Origin: Flavobacteriales bacterium
Lineage (GTDB): Bacteria > Bacteroidota > Bacteroidia > Palsa-965
Direction of reading: 5' to 3'
NCBI GenBank assembly: GCA_040377305.1
Contig: JBEIPA010000002.1
Span: forward strand, 160,001 to 224,000
Length of the DNA: 64,000 nucleotides
A program made the translations under genes and the position numbers. Below are positions 28,801 to 37,755 of this stretch, in pieces. Positions within the stretch are counted from its first letter, which is position 1. Every line of letters starts with the position of its first letter. The notes beneath the pieces were generated by a model. It was not told where the DNA came from. It did no database searches and saw only the letters and a program-made list of their open reading frames with translations.

Positions 28801-31800
28801 GGAGGAGTGAAGGTATAGATTCGTCCACTTGCAGGAGTTGCAATCTGTGCATCGTTCGGTGTAACAATGCTTGCGGTGTTAGAACTCATTGTAACACTTT
28901 GGTAATTCGCAGCCGAAGCAGTTGCGCCAACTGAAGTAGTGCCTGTGTTTGAACCCATAGTTCCATAACGGAATTCGAACACTCCTGAAGTTTCATACAT
29001 CCAACATTGGAATGTAGAGTTTGCAGGTCCGCCAACTGCGCGAGGTACTGTAACAAACCACTGCACCACCAAAATACGGTTAGGTGCTGTTCCTGTTACC
29101 ACATAACTAACGTTTCCGTCTGTTCCTGTCGCAAGGTCATCCCAATAAGGATAAATTTTCGGGATGTTAGTTGTGCTTGTTACAGCGTTTGTGAATTGAT
29201 TTGCAGCCGTTGCGCCACCGAGTAAAATCCAACCATCAGGCGATACAGAGAACTGTGTGTAGTTTGTACCGTTGAATGGGAATGTGAATCCGATTGCAGT
29301 TGGTGCCGCAGTTGGTGTGTCATCGTTACCCGGATTCAGTACCTGAGTTGCTCCCGACATTGGGTCGAGCGTTGCACCAGTTGCTGTACTGAATGAATAC
29401 TGATTCAAAGGAGCACTTGGCGTTGCAACCGCGTTCAGTTGAGAGTTGCCGTTAAGACATATGCTTGCCGGGTTAGCGGTAGCCGTTGTTGCTGAAGGAG
29501 CATAACCAACTGTAACCGTTGTTGTAGCAGAAGCAGTACATCCGATTCCGTCTGTTCCTACCACCGTATATGTTTGGCTGGTCGTCGGACTCGCTGTTAC
29601 ACTAGTTCCGGTAGTTGCGCTAAGACCTGTTGAAGGAGCCCAGTTGTATGACACTGAAGATCCGGACGCAGTCAAGGAAACACCTGGTCCAGGTGTACAG
29701 TACGTAGTTGAAGTAGGAGTAACACTAATTGTTGGTGCCGGGTTAACAGTTAATGTAACGTTAACTGTGAACGTCGAACTACAAGCGTCTGTAACCACAA
29801 CTGTGTAAGTTCCCGCTTCAGCTGGAGTAACACTTGCTACCGCAGGGTTCTGTGATGTAGATGAGAAACTGTTAGGACCAGTCCAAGCATAGGTGTAAGG
29901 TGCGCCGCCGCCTGTTGGAATAACACCAAGAGTTACGCTAGTACCTTGACAAACAGTCGAAGAAGGAGCTATGCTTCCAGTAGCGGTAAGAGCTGCACCT
30001 GCAGTGATAGTCACAGTGCCGGTTGTTGAACATGTACCAGCCGTTGCAGTTACCGTGTAAGTAATGGAAGACGCGATACCTGTTGCCATTGGATTGGCAA
30101 TGTTTGTTGCACTGAGGTAAGTTGCCGGAGCCCAGCTATAAGTAAGTGCTGGTGGTGTAGAATAAATAGCGTTGTATGTTCCGATAGTCTGTGGTGCAAT
30201 CACACTTGATGCTGTCCAGTCACCACCTATGTTGTTATCAACAGGTGCAGTACGAATTGTACCAGCAAAACCAGATGGAGAAGATGCGAAACCTGTCCAA
30301 TTAGCCGCTGTTACACCAGTAGCAGCGTTGAATGTATAACCACTGTTTAAGCCTACTGCATCAACAATAGTAGAACCATTTCTAAGTACAATCCCAACAA
30401 GTGAACCAGAGCCCCAGCTATCAGAAGTACCGCCTGTATTGAAATAACGGTTTGCAATGTCGTTTACACCAGTACCCAAACAAACAACACTTACTCCATT
30501 GGCTGGAATAATCGTTCCAACCGGGAAAGTGAAAGTAGGGTGAGTAGATGTTGCCGAATTTGATGCGTAATCATTAAGCGTATAACCGCTAATATCAATT
30601 GGATTTGAAGAAATATTCGAAATTTCAACTAAATCACCTCCTGTAATATAAGCCGGGTAAGAAACCGTTTGACCCGTTCCTGTGCGGAATAAAGTAACCT
30701 CGGTGATTAAAATTGAAGGCATATTTGCAACAACGTTCAATTGAGAGTTACCACCTACACAAACGTTCGAAGGTGTTGCAGTTACAGCGGTAATCGTTGG
30801 AGTAATAGCCACGGTAATTGTGGTAGTAGCAGTGCCTGTACAGCCATTGCCATCAGTTCCTGTTACTGTGTACGTAGTCGTTGCACTTGGCGACGCATTA
30901 ACGCTAGCGCCTGTAGTTGCTGAAAGTCCAGCTGCTGGTCCCCATGAATAGGTAGTTGCACCTGAAGCTGTAAGAGCAACAGCAGGGTCTCCTTGACACA
31001 TTGTCGCTGAAGTTGGAATTACGCTAACCGAAGCTGGAGGGAATACAGCTGCGGTCACTTCGTTCGTCGTAGCAGAAGAACCACTGTTCGTACATGTTAC
31101 AACACAAACATAATATGTCGTAGATGAAACTGTTCCTGTTGTAAATGTTGGATTAGTTGCGCCGGGCTCGTTCGAGTAAGGACCTCCCGGTACTGCTGAA
31201 GACTGCCACTGATAAGTGATTCCAGGACCAAAGTCATTACCAGTCAGAGACAAGTTGAAAACTCCTGATCCACAAATTGAGACTGGCGAACCAACTGCTG
31301 TTCCAGGGTTTGGTGTACCAGAACATGCCGGAAGCGGCGTCATGATTAGCGTTATGTTGGGACGGCTTGCACTAAGAGTTCCGTTGCCAGTTGGTGCTGA
31401 TCCGTCTGCCTGCCACGTTTGAGTACAACCTGCTACACCATTAGAAAAGCGAAACTGCTTTGCAGTGCTTCCTTCACCACCGGATCCACCGAAGTTGGCT
31501 TCCACAATAATTTCAAGATTGGAAGCATTGTTATAAAGGAAAGGTGCAGTAAGTGTTACGTTGACCCAGGTACCCGCAACAAGCATCGCAGATGTGATGT
31601 TTCCGCTGTAAACCAGCGTAGCGCCAGCTTCCTGAACAGCAACCGTAGAAGCTACCATCGACGCAGAAGCAGTTTGCTTCATGTAGATGTTAATCGGGGT
31701 GCTTGCCGCAGGAGTGGCAACAGTGTTTAAGAAAAAAGCTACATCAGTAATCGTTCCTGAACTGCCAATTTCTGCAGCAGTGTAAATTGCAGCTGTACGC

Positions 31801-31958
31801 TCAAAACCAAAAAAGCACCCGTAAGGTTTACGGTTGTTTGCTGTGTTTGTGTTCGCTGCAGGTATCGTCACCGTTTGCGCCCAGACGCTCGTGACAAGAA
31901 GAGTCGCACCAATTACGGTCAATGCCTTCCTCCACGCGTTCGTAAATAATTTTGTCAT
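25878..31958 (-). CDS. large T9SS type A surface protein with Ig repeats and lamin-tail-like, NIDO-like and GEVED domains
   Basis: Start at MTKLFTN (31958). Motifs: ILITEV...DLVEISN.S..PIDISGY.L (lamin-tail), FTFPFNG..Y...IYPYWDDL (NIDO-like), WIDYNQNG...TRLRV...GETEDY (GEVED) and CTD VYPNPNNG...RVVVNR. Confidence 0.88.
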   Translation of the reverse strand: MTKLFTNAWRKALTVIGATLLVTSVWAQTVTIPAANTNTANNRKPYGCFFGFERTAAIYTAAEIGSSGTITDVAFFLNTVATPAASTPINIYMKQTASASMVASTVAVQEAGATLVYSGNITSAMLVAGTWVNVTLTAPFLYNNASNLEIIVEANFGGSGGEGSTAKQFRFSNGVAGCTQTWQADGSAPTGNGTLSASRPNITLIMTPLPACSGTPNPGTAVGSPVSICGSGVFNLSLTGNDFGPGITYQWQSSAVPGGPYSNEPGATNPTFTTGTVSSTTYYVCVVTCTNSGSSATTNEVTAAVFPPASVSVIPTSATMCQGDPAVALTASGATTYSWGPAAGLSATTGASVNASPSATTTYTVTGTDGNGCTGTATTTITVAITPTITAVTATPSNVCVGGNSQLNVVANMPSILITEVTLFRTGTGQTVSYPAYITGGDLVEISNISSNPIDISGYTLNDYASNSATSTHPTFTFPVGTIIPANGVSVVCLGTGVNDIANRYFNTGGTSDSWGSGSLVGIVLRNGSTIVDAVGLNSGYTFNAATGVTAANWTGFASSPSGFAGTIRTAPVDNNIGGDWTASSVIAPQTIGTYNAIYSTPPALTYSWAPATYLSATNIANPMATGIASSITYTVTATAGTCSTTGTVTITAGAALTATGSIAPSSTVCQGTSVTLGVIPTGGGAPYTYAWTGPNSFSSTSQNPAVASVTPAEAGTYTVVVTDACSSTFTVNVTLTVNPAPTISVTPTSTTYCTPGPGVSLTASGSSVSYNWAPSTGLSATTGTSVTASPTTSQTYTVVGTDGIGCTASATTTVTVGYAPSATTATANPASICLNGNSQLNAVATPSAPLNQYSFSTATGATLDPMSGATQVLNPGNDDTPTAAPTAIGFTFPFNGTNYTQFSVSPDGWILLGGATAANQFTNAVTSTTNIPKIYPYWDDLATGTDGNVSYVVTGTAPNRILVVQWFVTVPRAVGGPANSTFQCWMYETSGVFEFRYGTMGSNTGTTSVGATASAANYQSVTMSSNTASIVTPNDAQIATPASGRIYTFTPPAVTYAWSPATFLSSTTIANPMANNVSATTTWTVTPSSGGCPGSPATVTVTTGSVLTSSGSISPASTVCQGTNVTLNSVPVGGGAPYTYAWTGPNSFSSTVQNPTINGVTPAEAGTYTLVITDACAATNTVTLTLAVNAAPTLTVSPTSALFCSGGPGVAISASGTSTGYTWGPAAGLSSTTGSTVTASPTVTTTYTVTGTDGNGCTSTATTLVNYGDTPVPTASASPATICENGTSTLSVVAAPVLTYCQPVYSNGTGFGDYISSVVVNTLNNPTGPSTAPYYTLYPQAANTTTTLTAGSTYTITLVAGTYTINDVAAWIDYNQNGTLNNAGEKLGETDDLGAAPASTSFVFTVPVNAVNGTTRLRVRDVDHGGTNDMDPCLAQSTFGETEDYIITIVGGVDAFTYAWSPATFLNSTIVSDPVASAVTTTTTYSVIVTGTSGCSASASTTLTVNPLPTVTATAAPSTVCAGDMVTPTGGGASTYVWSGGLTDGVAFSALSTQTYTVTGTDGNGCSNTATATVTVNALPTVTASATPSTVCAGDMVTATGGGATSYAWSGGIMDNVAFAAMSTTTYTVTGTDANGCTNTATALVTVNALPTVTASATPSTVCAGDMVTPAGGGASSYAWSGGLTDAVPFAATVTDTYTVTGTDANGCSNTATVTVTVNALPTVAASVTPSTACVGDLVTPAGSGASTYVWSGSVTDGVAFPAAATETYTVTGTDVNGCSATTTVTLTVNPLPVVTASSTDSTVCVGDQITFMGGGATTYTWDNGVTDMVPYTTTGSMTFIVTGTDANGCMDTASLAITANALPNVTVSLPLDTACLLLGPVTLGGESPAGGTWSGTGVTGNTFDPGVAGNGMHAITYTYMDSLTGCSAAAIDSMLVDICNSIDNNEVGSAVVYPNPNNGDFTLIPAGSGLVDVYVYSATGQLVIAQKATCGVQNNVHIEASGMYSVVVVTADGTRTTQRVVVNR

Positions 31959-32124
31959 GTTATGTGTGTTTGATTTGTGGGTTAAACATCCCATTTTCAG
32001 GGGAAGGCAAATATCGTCAATTCAATCCCTATTTTGGCGAAAAAAATCGTCGAAATGCCGAAACCATCGGTTGAATGGCGAATTCGCGTTGTTAAAGACG
32101 TTCTCAAATGTTAAAATCCTGTAA

Positions 32125-32940
32125 TCACAGAAAAATATCGCTTGCAAGCTCGGCTCCGGGCACAACGCTGTAATTAGATAGATCAGTAATTCCCGCAGAT
32201 GCCAGAATGTCTTCATCGATTACGAGGTTACCGGTGAATTCCGGACCGCGACTAAAGATGATTGCAGCAGCATCTGCAACGATTTCCGGCTTGCGCGACT
32301 TTTGGATGAGCTCTTCCCCACCCAACAAATTGCGGACGGCTGCGGTAGCAATAGTTGTTTTAGGCCACAAAGAGTTAACCGCAATTTTATCTTTTCTCAA
32401 TTCAGCTGCAAAACCTAAAGTCATCATGCTCATTCCAAATTTCGAAAGTGTATACGGAGCGAAATGTGTGAACCATTGCTGGTCGAGTGACAGTGGCGGT
32501 GACAAAGTGAGAATGTGTGCAGATGACGACTTTCTTAAATGTGGAACGCAATGACGTGAAACGAGATACGTTCCACGAGCATTGATATCCTGCATGAGAT
32601 CGTACTGCTTCAATGGCAATAATGATGGTGGTGATAGATTAATTGCACTCGCGTTATTTACAAGAATGTCAATCCCGCCAAACTTTTCAACGGCAGCATT
32701 AACTGCAGCTATCACTTCATTCTCTTCACGAATATCGCACTTCACGGCAAGAGCCTGCCCACCCGCAGAAATCATTTCCTCTGCAGCTGAGTAAATTGTA
32801 CCCTCGAGCTTCGGGTGTGGCTCTGTCGTTTTTGCAGCGATCACAATATTTGCACCTTCCCGTGCAAGTCGCAAACCGATTGCTTTTCCAATTCCACGGC
32901 TCCCGCCTGTGATGAATACTGTTTTTCCTTTGAAGCTCAT
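32125..32940 (-). CDS. short-chain dehydrogenase/reductase (HSDL2/citronellol dehydrogenase-like)
   Basis: TGGSRGIG, AAKT..PHPKL.GTI, NNASAI, YxxxK (YTLSK) and NSLWP.T.IATAA motifs. Confidence 0.9.
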   Translation of the reverse strand: MSFKGKTVFITGGSRGIGKAIGLRLAREGANIVIAAKTTEPHPKLEGTIYSAAEEMISAGGQALAVKCDIREENEVIAAVNAAVEKFGGIDILVNNASAINLSPPSLLPLKQYDLMQDINARGTYLVSRHCVPHLRKSSSAHILTLSPPLSLDQQWFTHFAPYTLSKFGMSMMTLGFAAELRKDKIAVNSLWPKTTIATAAVRNLLGGEELIQKSRKPEIVADAAAIIFSRGPEFTGNLVIDEDILASAGITDLSNYSVVPGAELASDIFL

Positions 32941-32943
32941 GTG

Positions 32944-35049
32944 TTATCGGATTAGTACGTTAATTAATGTCATGTCGTCTGTCTGTTCCATTCCTGCTTT
33001 CCACACGTCCAGTGTTTTGGAAAACAAATGCTGTCTTTCACTAATAGGCAGATTCGTGGAAGTATTCACAAGTTCTTTGAGTCTCTTGGTCATAAACTTC
33101 TTGCGCTCCGGACCACCGAACTGATCTGTAACGCCATCCGAGAACAAGAAGACGCTCATTGGACTATCGACCTGAAATGAATGATCAATGTACGGTGCAT
33201 TCTTAGGAAGTGAAGAACCGATTGAAATTTTATCAGGTTGTAACACAGTTAAATTTCCATTCACGACAATGAAAACAGGTCGGTCTGCAGAGGCGATGAC
33301 TATTTCCTTCTTAGCTGGATCAAACATCAATACCGCGATGTCCATACCGTCGCTTACCTGACGTGTATCTTTTGTTGCGTTCAATGTAGTGAGCAACTCA
33401 TCATGTAAAGCGTCAAGAATTTTCCCGGGACTTGTAATACTCTTCCGCACAATTAAACGATTTAGAATGGATGATCCCAGCATACTCATCATGGCGCCGG
33501 GAACACCGTGTCCTGTGCAATCTGCAACCGCGAGAAATCGCATTCCTCCTCTACCCTCTGCTACCCAGTAAAAATCGCCGCTGATAATATCACGTGGACG
33601 ATAGTAAATGAAATTATCAGGAAACAGTGCGTTTATTTTTTCCGGTGTTGGTAATACTGCATTCTGAATCCGGAGCGCATAACTTATCGAATCAGTGATC
33701 TCTTCATTCTTCGTTTCAATAATTGCCTTCTGCTCTTCAATGGCTTCATTCTGCTCTTGCAATAATTGATTGTCGCGCTTCTTTCGGTAATAATTGCGAA
33801 CCACGAAAGCGGAAAAAATCAGAAGCACGATTACTACGCCAATGATTGCCCACTTCACAATTTGATCACGTTCACGTTGCGCGGCTTGTGCTTTATTGTC
33901 GGCTTCCAGCAGTTCTATTTTCGCCTGATTCTCCTGCGCTTTATACTTCTCCGCAGCATCATCCGCCGCTTTCGTTTTTTCACTATCGAAAATTACCTGG
34001 CGTAAGGAGTCCGTGATGCGGTAGTAAAATGCGGAATTCTCATAATTGCCTTCCGCATAATACGATTCTGCCAAACGGTGCGACGACATTTGTGCATAGA
34101 AATCATTATGCTGACCGACCGCTAAATCATAAACGCGCAATGCGCATAACTGTTCCTGCTTTCTATCGCCCAGAGCACCGTACAATTCACTCATCGTTGC
34201 TAATGCGGTCATGGTACTATATGCGCTGGTTCGCGCTTCAGCCAGGCTCAATGATTTCTCCAGATAAATTTTCGCCAACTCGTATTGCCTGGTGTGCATC
34301 AATGTGCTTCCAAGGTTATTATAACAAGTAATCAAACGACTGGTGTCTTTCATCGCTTCGAAAATTCCCAAAGCCTTCAGTTGGTACTGGTAGGCAGAAT
34401 CCCACAACTCCATATTGCTATAATACAATCCGATATTATCTGTAGTAAGTGCAATGCCGCCTGTGTCATTCAACTTTGTGTAGAACATCAAGGCCTCCTG
34501 TGTTCGCTCAATGGCTTTATCAAAGTCAGTAGTGTAGAAATAGACCAATGCCCACTGCGAATGTAGTATTGCCAACGTCGATGTATCACCAATGGATTTC
34601 GCGAGTTCAATTCCTGCGAGAAAAACAGCCGTTGCCTCGTCGTACAATCCAACACGCGTAAGCAGGACGCCTTTTGCACTGAGAACTTCACCTTCCCATT
34701 CCTTCAGGCCCACATTGTGCGCAACAACAAGTGCCGAATCGATCTGCATCATTGCCGAATCGTTTTCGCCATCGAACCGATACTGCCGGTTCAGATTCAT
34801 GCGCTCCTGAATTTCGGCAGTGTCAATTTCGTGCTCAATGCTCAGGCGAATTGCCGCTTTTAGAAGTTGTACACATAATGCCGGATCAGTTTTGCGCAGA
34901 CTGTACGCGACTGAATCCACAGCATCAATCTGCTGTTTTGGAGAAAGACCCTGAATGATGGCAGCGTACTCCTTTGGAAGCGATTGCGCAAAACACTCCA
35001 CCGAAAAAATCAGGGAAACAAAGAGTAAAAGGCAAAGAGAACGTTGCAT
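32944..35049 (-). CDS. membrane sensor phosphatase: periplasmic TPR + TM + SpoIIE/PP2C domain
   Basis: Signal peptide, TPR helices, TM; SGDFY, ADCTGHGVPGA, DGMD, SDGVTDQFGG and QTDD motifs. Confidence 0.9.
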   Translation of the reverse strand: MQRSLCLLLFVSLIFSVECFAQSLPKEYAAIIQGLSPKQQIDAVDSVAYSLRKTDPALCVQLLKAAIRLSIEHEIDTAEIQERMNLNRQYRFDGENDSAMMQIDSALVVAHNVGLKEWEGEVLSAKGVLLTRVGLYDEATAVFLAGIELAKSIGDTSTLAILHSQWALVYFYTTDFDKAIERTQEALMFYTKLNDTGGIALTTDNIGLYYSNMELWDSAYQYQLKALGIFEAMKDTSRLITCYNNLGSTLMHTRQYELAKIYLEKSLSLAEARTSAYSTMTALATMSELYGALGDRKQEQLCALRVYDLAVGQHNDFYAQMSSHRLAESYYAEGNYENSAFYYRITDSLRQVIFDSEKTKAADDAAEKYKAQENQAKIELLEADNKAQAAQRERDQIVKWAIIGVVIVLLIFSAFVVRNYYRKKRDNQLLQEQNEAIEEQKAIIETKNEEITDSISYALRIQNAVLPTPEKINALFPDNFIYYRPRDIISGDFYWVAEGRGGMRFLAVADCTGHGVPGAMMSMLGSSILNRLIVRKSITSPGKILDALHDELLTTLNATKDTRQVSDGMDIAVLMFDPAKKEIVIASADRPVFIVVNGNLTVLQPDKISIGSSLPKNAPYIDHSFQVDSPMSVFLFSDGVTDQFGGPERKKFMTKRLKELVNTSTNLPISERQHLFSKTLDVWKAGMEQTDDMTLINVLIR

Positions 35050-35147
35050 AATGGGTTTGATAAGCAAAGTTACAATTTACTCAGGTGCTGAAAACAGGAT
35101 CTCAATTGCTGGTAAATTGTAGTTTTGCACGATACAATTTCAAATCA

Positions 35148-36209
35148 ATGAGCAAACCAATTATTTCAGGCATTCAACAGGTGGGAATCGGAATTCCGGA
35201 TGTACACGCTGCATTCAAGTGGTACCGACAGAATTTTGGAATGGACGTTCCTGTTTTTGAAGAAGCTGCAGAAGCAAATCTGATGCTTCCTTATACAGGA
35301 GGCAAACCACATAAGCGTCACGCAATTCTTGCGGTGAACATGAAAGGTGGGGGAGGATTCGAGATCTGGCAGTATACGAGCCGCGTTCCGGTTCCGGTTG
35401 CATTTGAAATTCAATTGGGCGACATCGGACACTTTGTTACGCGAATGAAGTCTGATAATGTTGAGGCTTCCTACAATTTTCTGAAAAGCAAAAAAGCGGA
35501 TATACTTGGCGGGTTGACAAAATCTCCGGATGGACACTCGAATTTCTTTGTGCGCGATCCGTGGGGAAATATTTTCGAAGTTGTTCCGGGTGAAGAATGG
35601 TTTGGAAAAGGAAAACAACACACCGGTGGACCTGCAGGTGCATTGCTCGGTGTAACTGATATTGAGAAATCGAAAAAATTCTATTCCGACATTCTTGGCT
35701 ACGATACAGTTATCTACGACAAGACCGGAAAGTTTGACGACCTGAAAAATCTTCCGGGAGGAGATGTTGAATGTCGCCGCGTGTTGTTGAAACATTCAAA
35801 GCCACGTGCGGGCGCATTCTCCCGTTTGTTAGGTGCGAGTCAAATTGAGTTGGTGCAGGTCCTGAACAAACCACTTCGCAAAATTTTCGAAGGACGCTGG
35901 TGGGGCGATCGCGGATTCATTCACCTGTGTTTCGATATCATCGGCATGAAAGAGATGAAAGAACTTTGTGCCGTGAAAGGACATCCATTCACCGTTGATA
36001 GTGGAAATCAATTCGACATGGGTGAAGCTGCAGGACATTTCAGTTACATTGAAGATCCGGATGGAACGCTCATTGAATTTGTTGAGACGCACAAAGTTCC
36101 CATCCTGAAAAAAATCGGATGGTATCTTGATCTGAGAAAACGTGATGCTTCGAAACCTTTGCCGAATTGGATGGTGAAGAGTATGGGGATGAATAGAGTT
36201 AGTGATTAA
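35148..36209 (+). CDS. tandem VOC (glyoxalase-superfamily) protein
   Basis: IQQVGIG, RDPWGNIFE, IHLCFD and EDPDGTLIEFVE motifs; TAGTTTTG promoter at 35120-35127. Confidence 0.85.
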   Translation: MSKPIISGIQQVGIGIPDVHAAFKWYRQNFGMDVPVFEEAAEANLMLPYTGGKPHKRHAILAVNMKGGGGFEIWQYTSRVPVPVAFEIQLGDIGHFVTRMKSDNVEASYNFLKSKKADILGGLTKSPDGHSNFFVRDPWGNIFEVVPGEEWFGKGKQHTGGPAGALLGVTDIEKSKKFYSDILGYDTVIYDKTGKFDDLKNLPGGDVECRRVLLKHSKPRAGAFSRLLGASQIELVQVLNKPLRKIFEGRWWGDRGFIHLCFDIIGMKEMKELCAVKGHPFTVDSGNQFDMGEAAGHFSYIEDPDGTLIEFVETHKVPILKKIGWYLDLRKRDASKPLPNWMVKSMGMNRVSD

Positions 36210-36248
36210 GCAGTCGGCAGTTGGGCAGTAGTGCAGTTGGCAGTCAGC
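36210..36248. repeat. GCAGT-core short tandem repeats
   Basis: GCAGTCG GCAGTTGG GCAGTAGT GCAGTTG GCAGTCA between two convergent genes. Confidence 0.55.
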
Positions 36249-36299
36249 CGCGTGAAATAATGTGCCGATATGCCGATTGTGTTAGGTGCTGGCTGCGGA

Positions 36300-37667
36300 T
36301 CAATTCTTCGAGCGTAGCATCTGCATATCCTGAGTGATTCCCGCACGTAGAACAACTGCACGTTCAATGTCAGCCCGATTCTTTTTGAATGCGCGAATGA
36401 GGCTTGTTCTTCCCTTCGATTTTTTCATGCGCACCCAATACTCCTGTGCAATGACGCCACTGATCGGCATGAGAATCATGAATCCGGCGAGTATCCACCA
36501 ATCGCGGAAGATGAGTGCTACCGCAAGGCTTTCGAGTCCAAAGAAAATCTGCCACAGAAATACACTTATGGTTCCGTTCACTGATGCGTGCCATTCAATG
36601 TGCTTCACAATTTTTTGCGCAATGAGGTACGGAATTTTGTAGGGAAGGTAATTCGTGATTACACCAAAAATCCACAGCGGAAACAGGAAGAAGAAATAGG
36701 CAAAATCTTTCAGCAGAGAACCAGCACCCATTCCTTCAATGTTCTTTGGACGAAGTAACCAATCGCGAAGTTTATATTTTTCCAAAAGCGTTTTATACTC
36801 CACGACATCTTCTTTCAGCGAATGCACAACCTCCGGATTATTATTGGTGGTAACATTGATGATTTCAGCAATTTCTTTCGAGACAACGTGCGTGTCCTTG
36901 TGATTCTTCACATCCAACTTCTTCTCTTCGCACCACTCTTCCAGAAACATCTCCTCCAGAATATTTACAAGCTCATCGTTCTCCTTGTGCTCAATGATGA
37001 CCAACGTTTTTCTCATCCGCTCTTCGAGTTCGCGGGTAAAAACATTCATTGCACGTGGTTTGTCCTGCTGATAAAGTTCTTTGTATTTCGAAAGGGAAAA
37101 AGGTTCTCCGTATTCTATGTACAATCCGCTGCGGAATTTCCAGGGCGTTTTGGAATAGTTAATGCCAACCGGAATTATGGTAAGATCAAGATCAAAGTTG
37201 TTTCTCTCTTCAGAACCAAATGCAATCCGAGCTGTGCCCTTTTTTAGTTTTCTCAAGCGACGTTCCTGAATGCAGAGTCCTTCTGAGAAAATGATGATTG
37301 CTTTTTTCTCTTCGAGCATTTTACTGCACTTGTCGAATGTCTCGTCGTTCTTCTGAAGGTTTTCTGCACCCTCGAGCAAACGGTAAATCGGGATGATGCC
37401 GATGAACGTCAGAAAATTGGCCAGCCATTTTTTGCGGAACACATCTGAACGCGCGAGAAACCAGGTTCTACGTGTTACAGCAGAGCCCACCATGATTGCA
37501 TCCATGAATGCATTCGGGTGATTCGAACAGAATATTACCGGTTTGTCAGTCGGAATTCGTTCAATTCCACTCGTGTGCTTTTTACGATTAAAGTTGTAGA
37601 AATATCCCAGCCAGACATTGAATGAATGCCACAAGTATGTGTAGAAAAGAGAACCCAGAAATCGCAC
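36300..37667 (-). CDS. lysophospholipid/glycerol-3-phosphate acyltransferase with C-terminal TM helices
   Basis: NHPNAFMD (HX4D), FLARSDVF, IFSEG, LKKGTARIA and IPVGINY motifs; GTG start. Confidence 0.88.
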   Translation of the reverse strand: MRFLGSLFYTYLWHSFNVWLGYFYNFNRKKHTSGIERIPTDKPVIFCSNHPNAFMDAIMVGSAVTRRTWFLARSDVFRKKWLANFLTFIGIIPIYRLLEGAENLQKNDETFDKCSKMLEEKKAIIIFSEGLCIQERRLRKLKKGTARIAFGSEERNNFDLDLTIIPVGINYSKTPWKFRSGLYIEYGEPFSLSKYKELYQQDKPRAMNVFTRELEERMRKTLVIIEHKENDELVNILEEMFLEEWCEEKKLDVKNHKDTHVVSKEIAEIINVTTNNNPEVVHSLKEDVVEYKTLLEKYKLRDWLLRPKNIEGMGAGSLLKDFAYFFFLFPLWIFGVITNYLPYKIPYLIAQKIVKHIEWHASVNGTISVFLWQIFFGLESLAVALIFRDWWILAGFMILMPISGVIAQEYWVRMKKSKGRTSLIRAFKKNRADIERAVVLRAGITQDMQMLRSKN

Positions 37668-37755
37668 GCGGCAAAAGTACGGAAATAGAGATTAGTGGAT
37701 TAGGGATTAGAAGGCAGGAGTTGTAAATTTGAGTTTAGACAATTACCCTGCCCAC

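Noticed and set aside
15768-32124. Many + strand ORFs rich in PVTV/VAVF over the two giant genes
   Set aside because: They are antisense shadows of Thr/Gly/Val-rich repeat codons.
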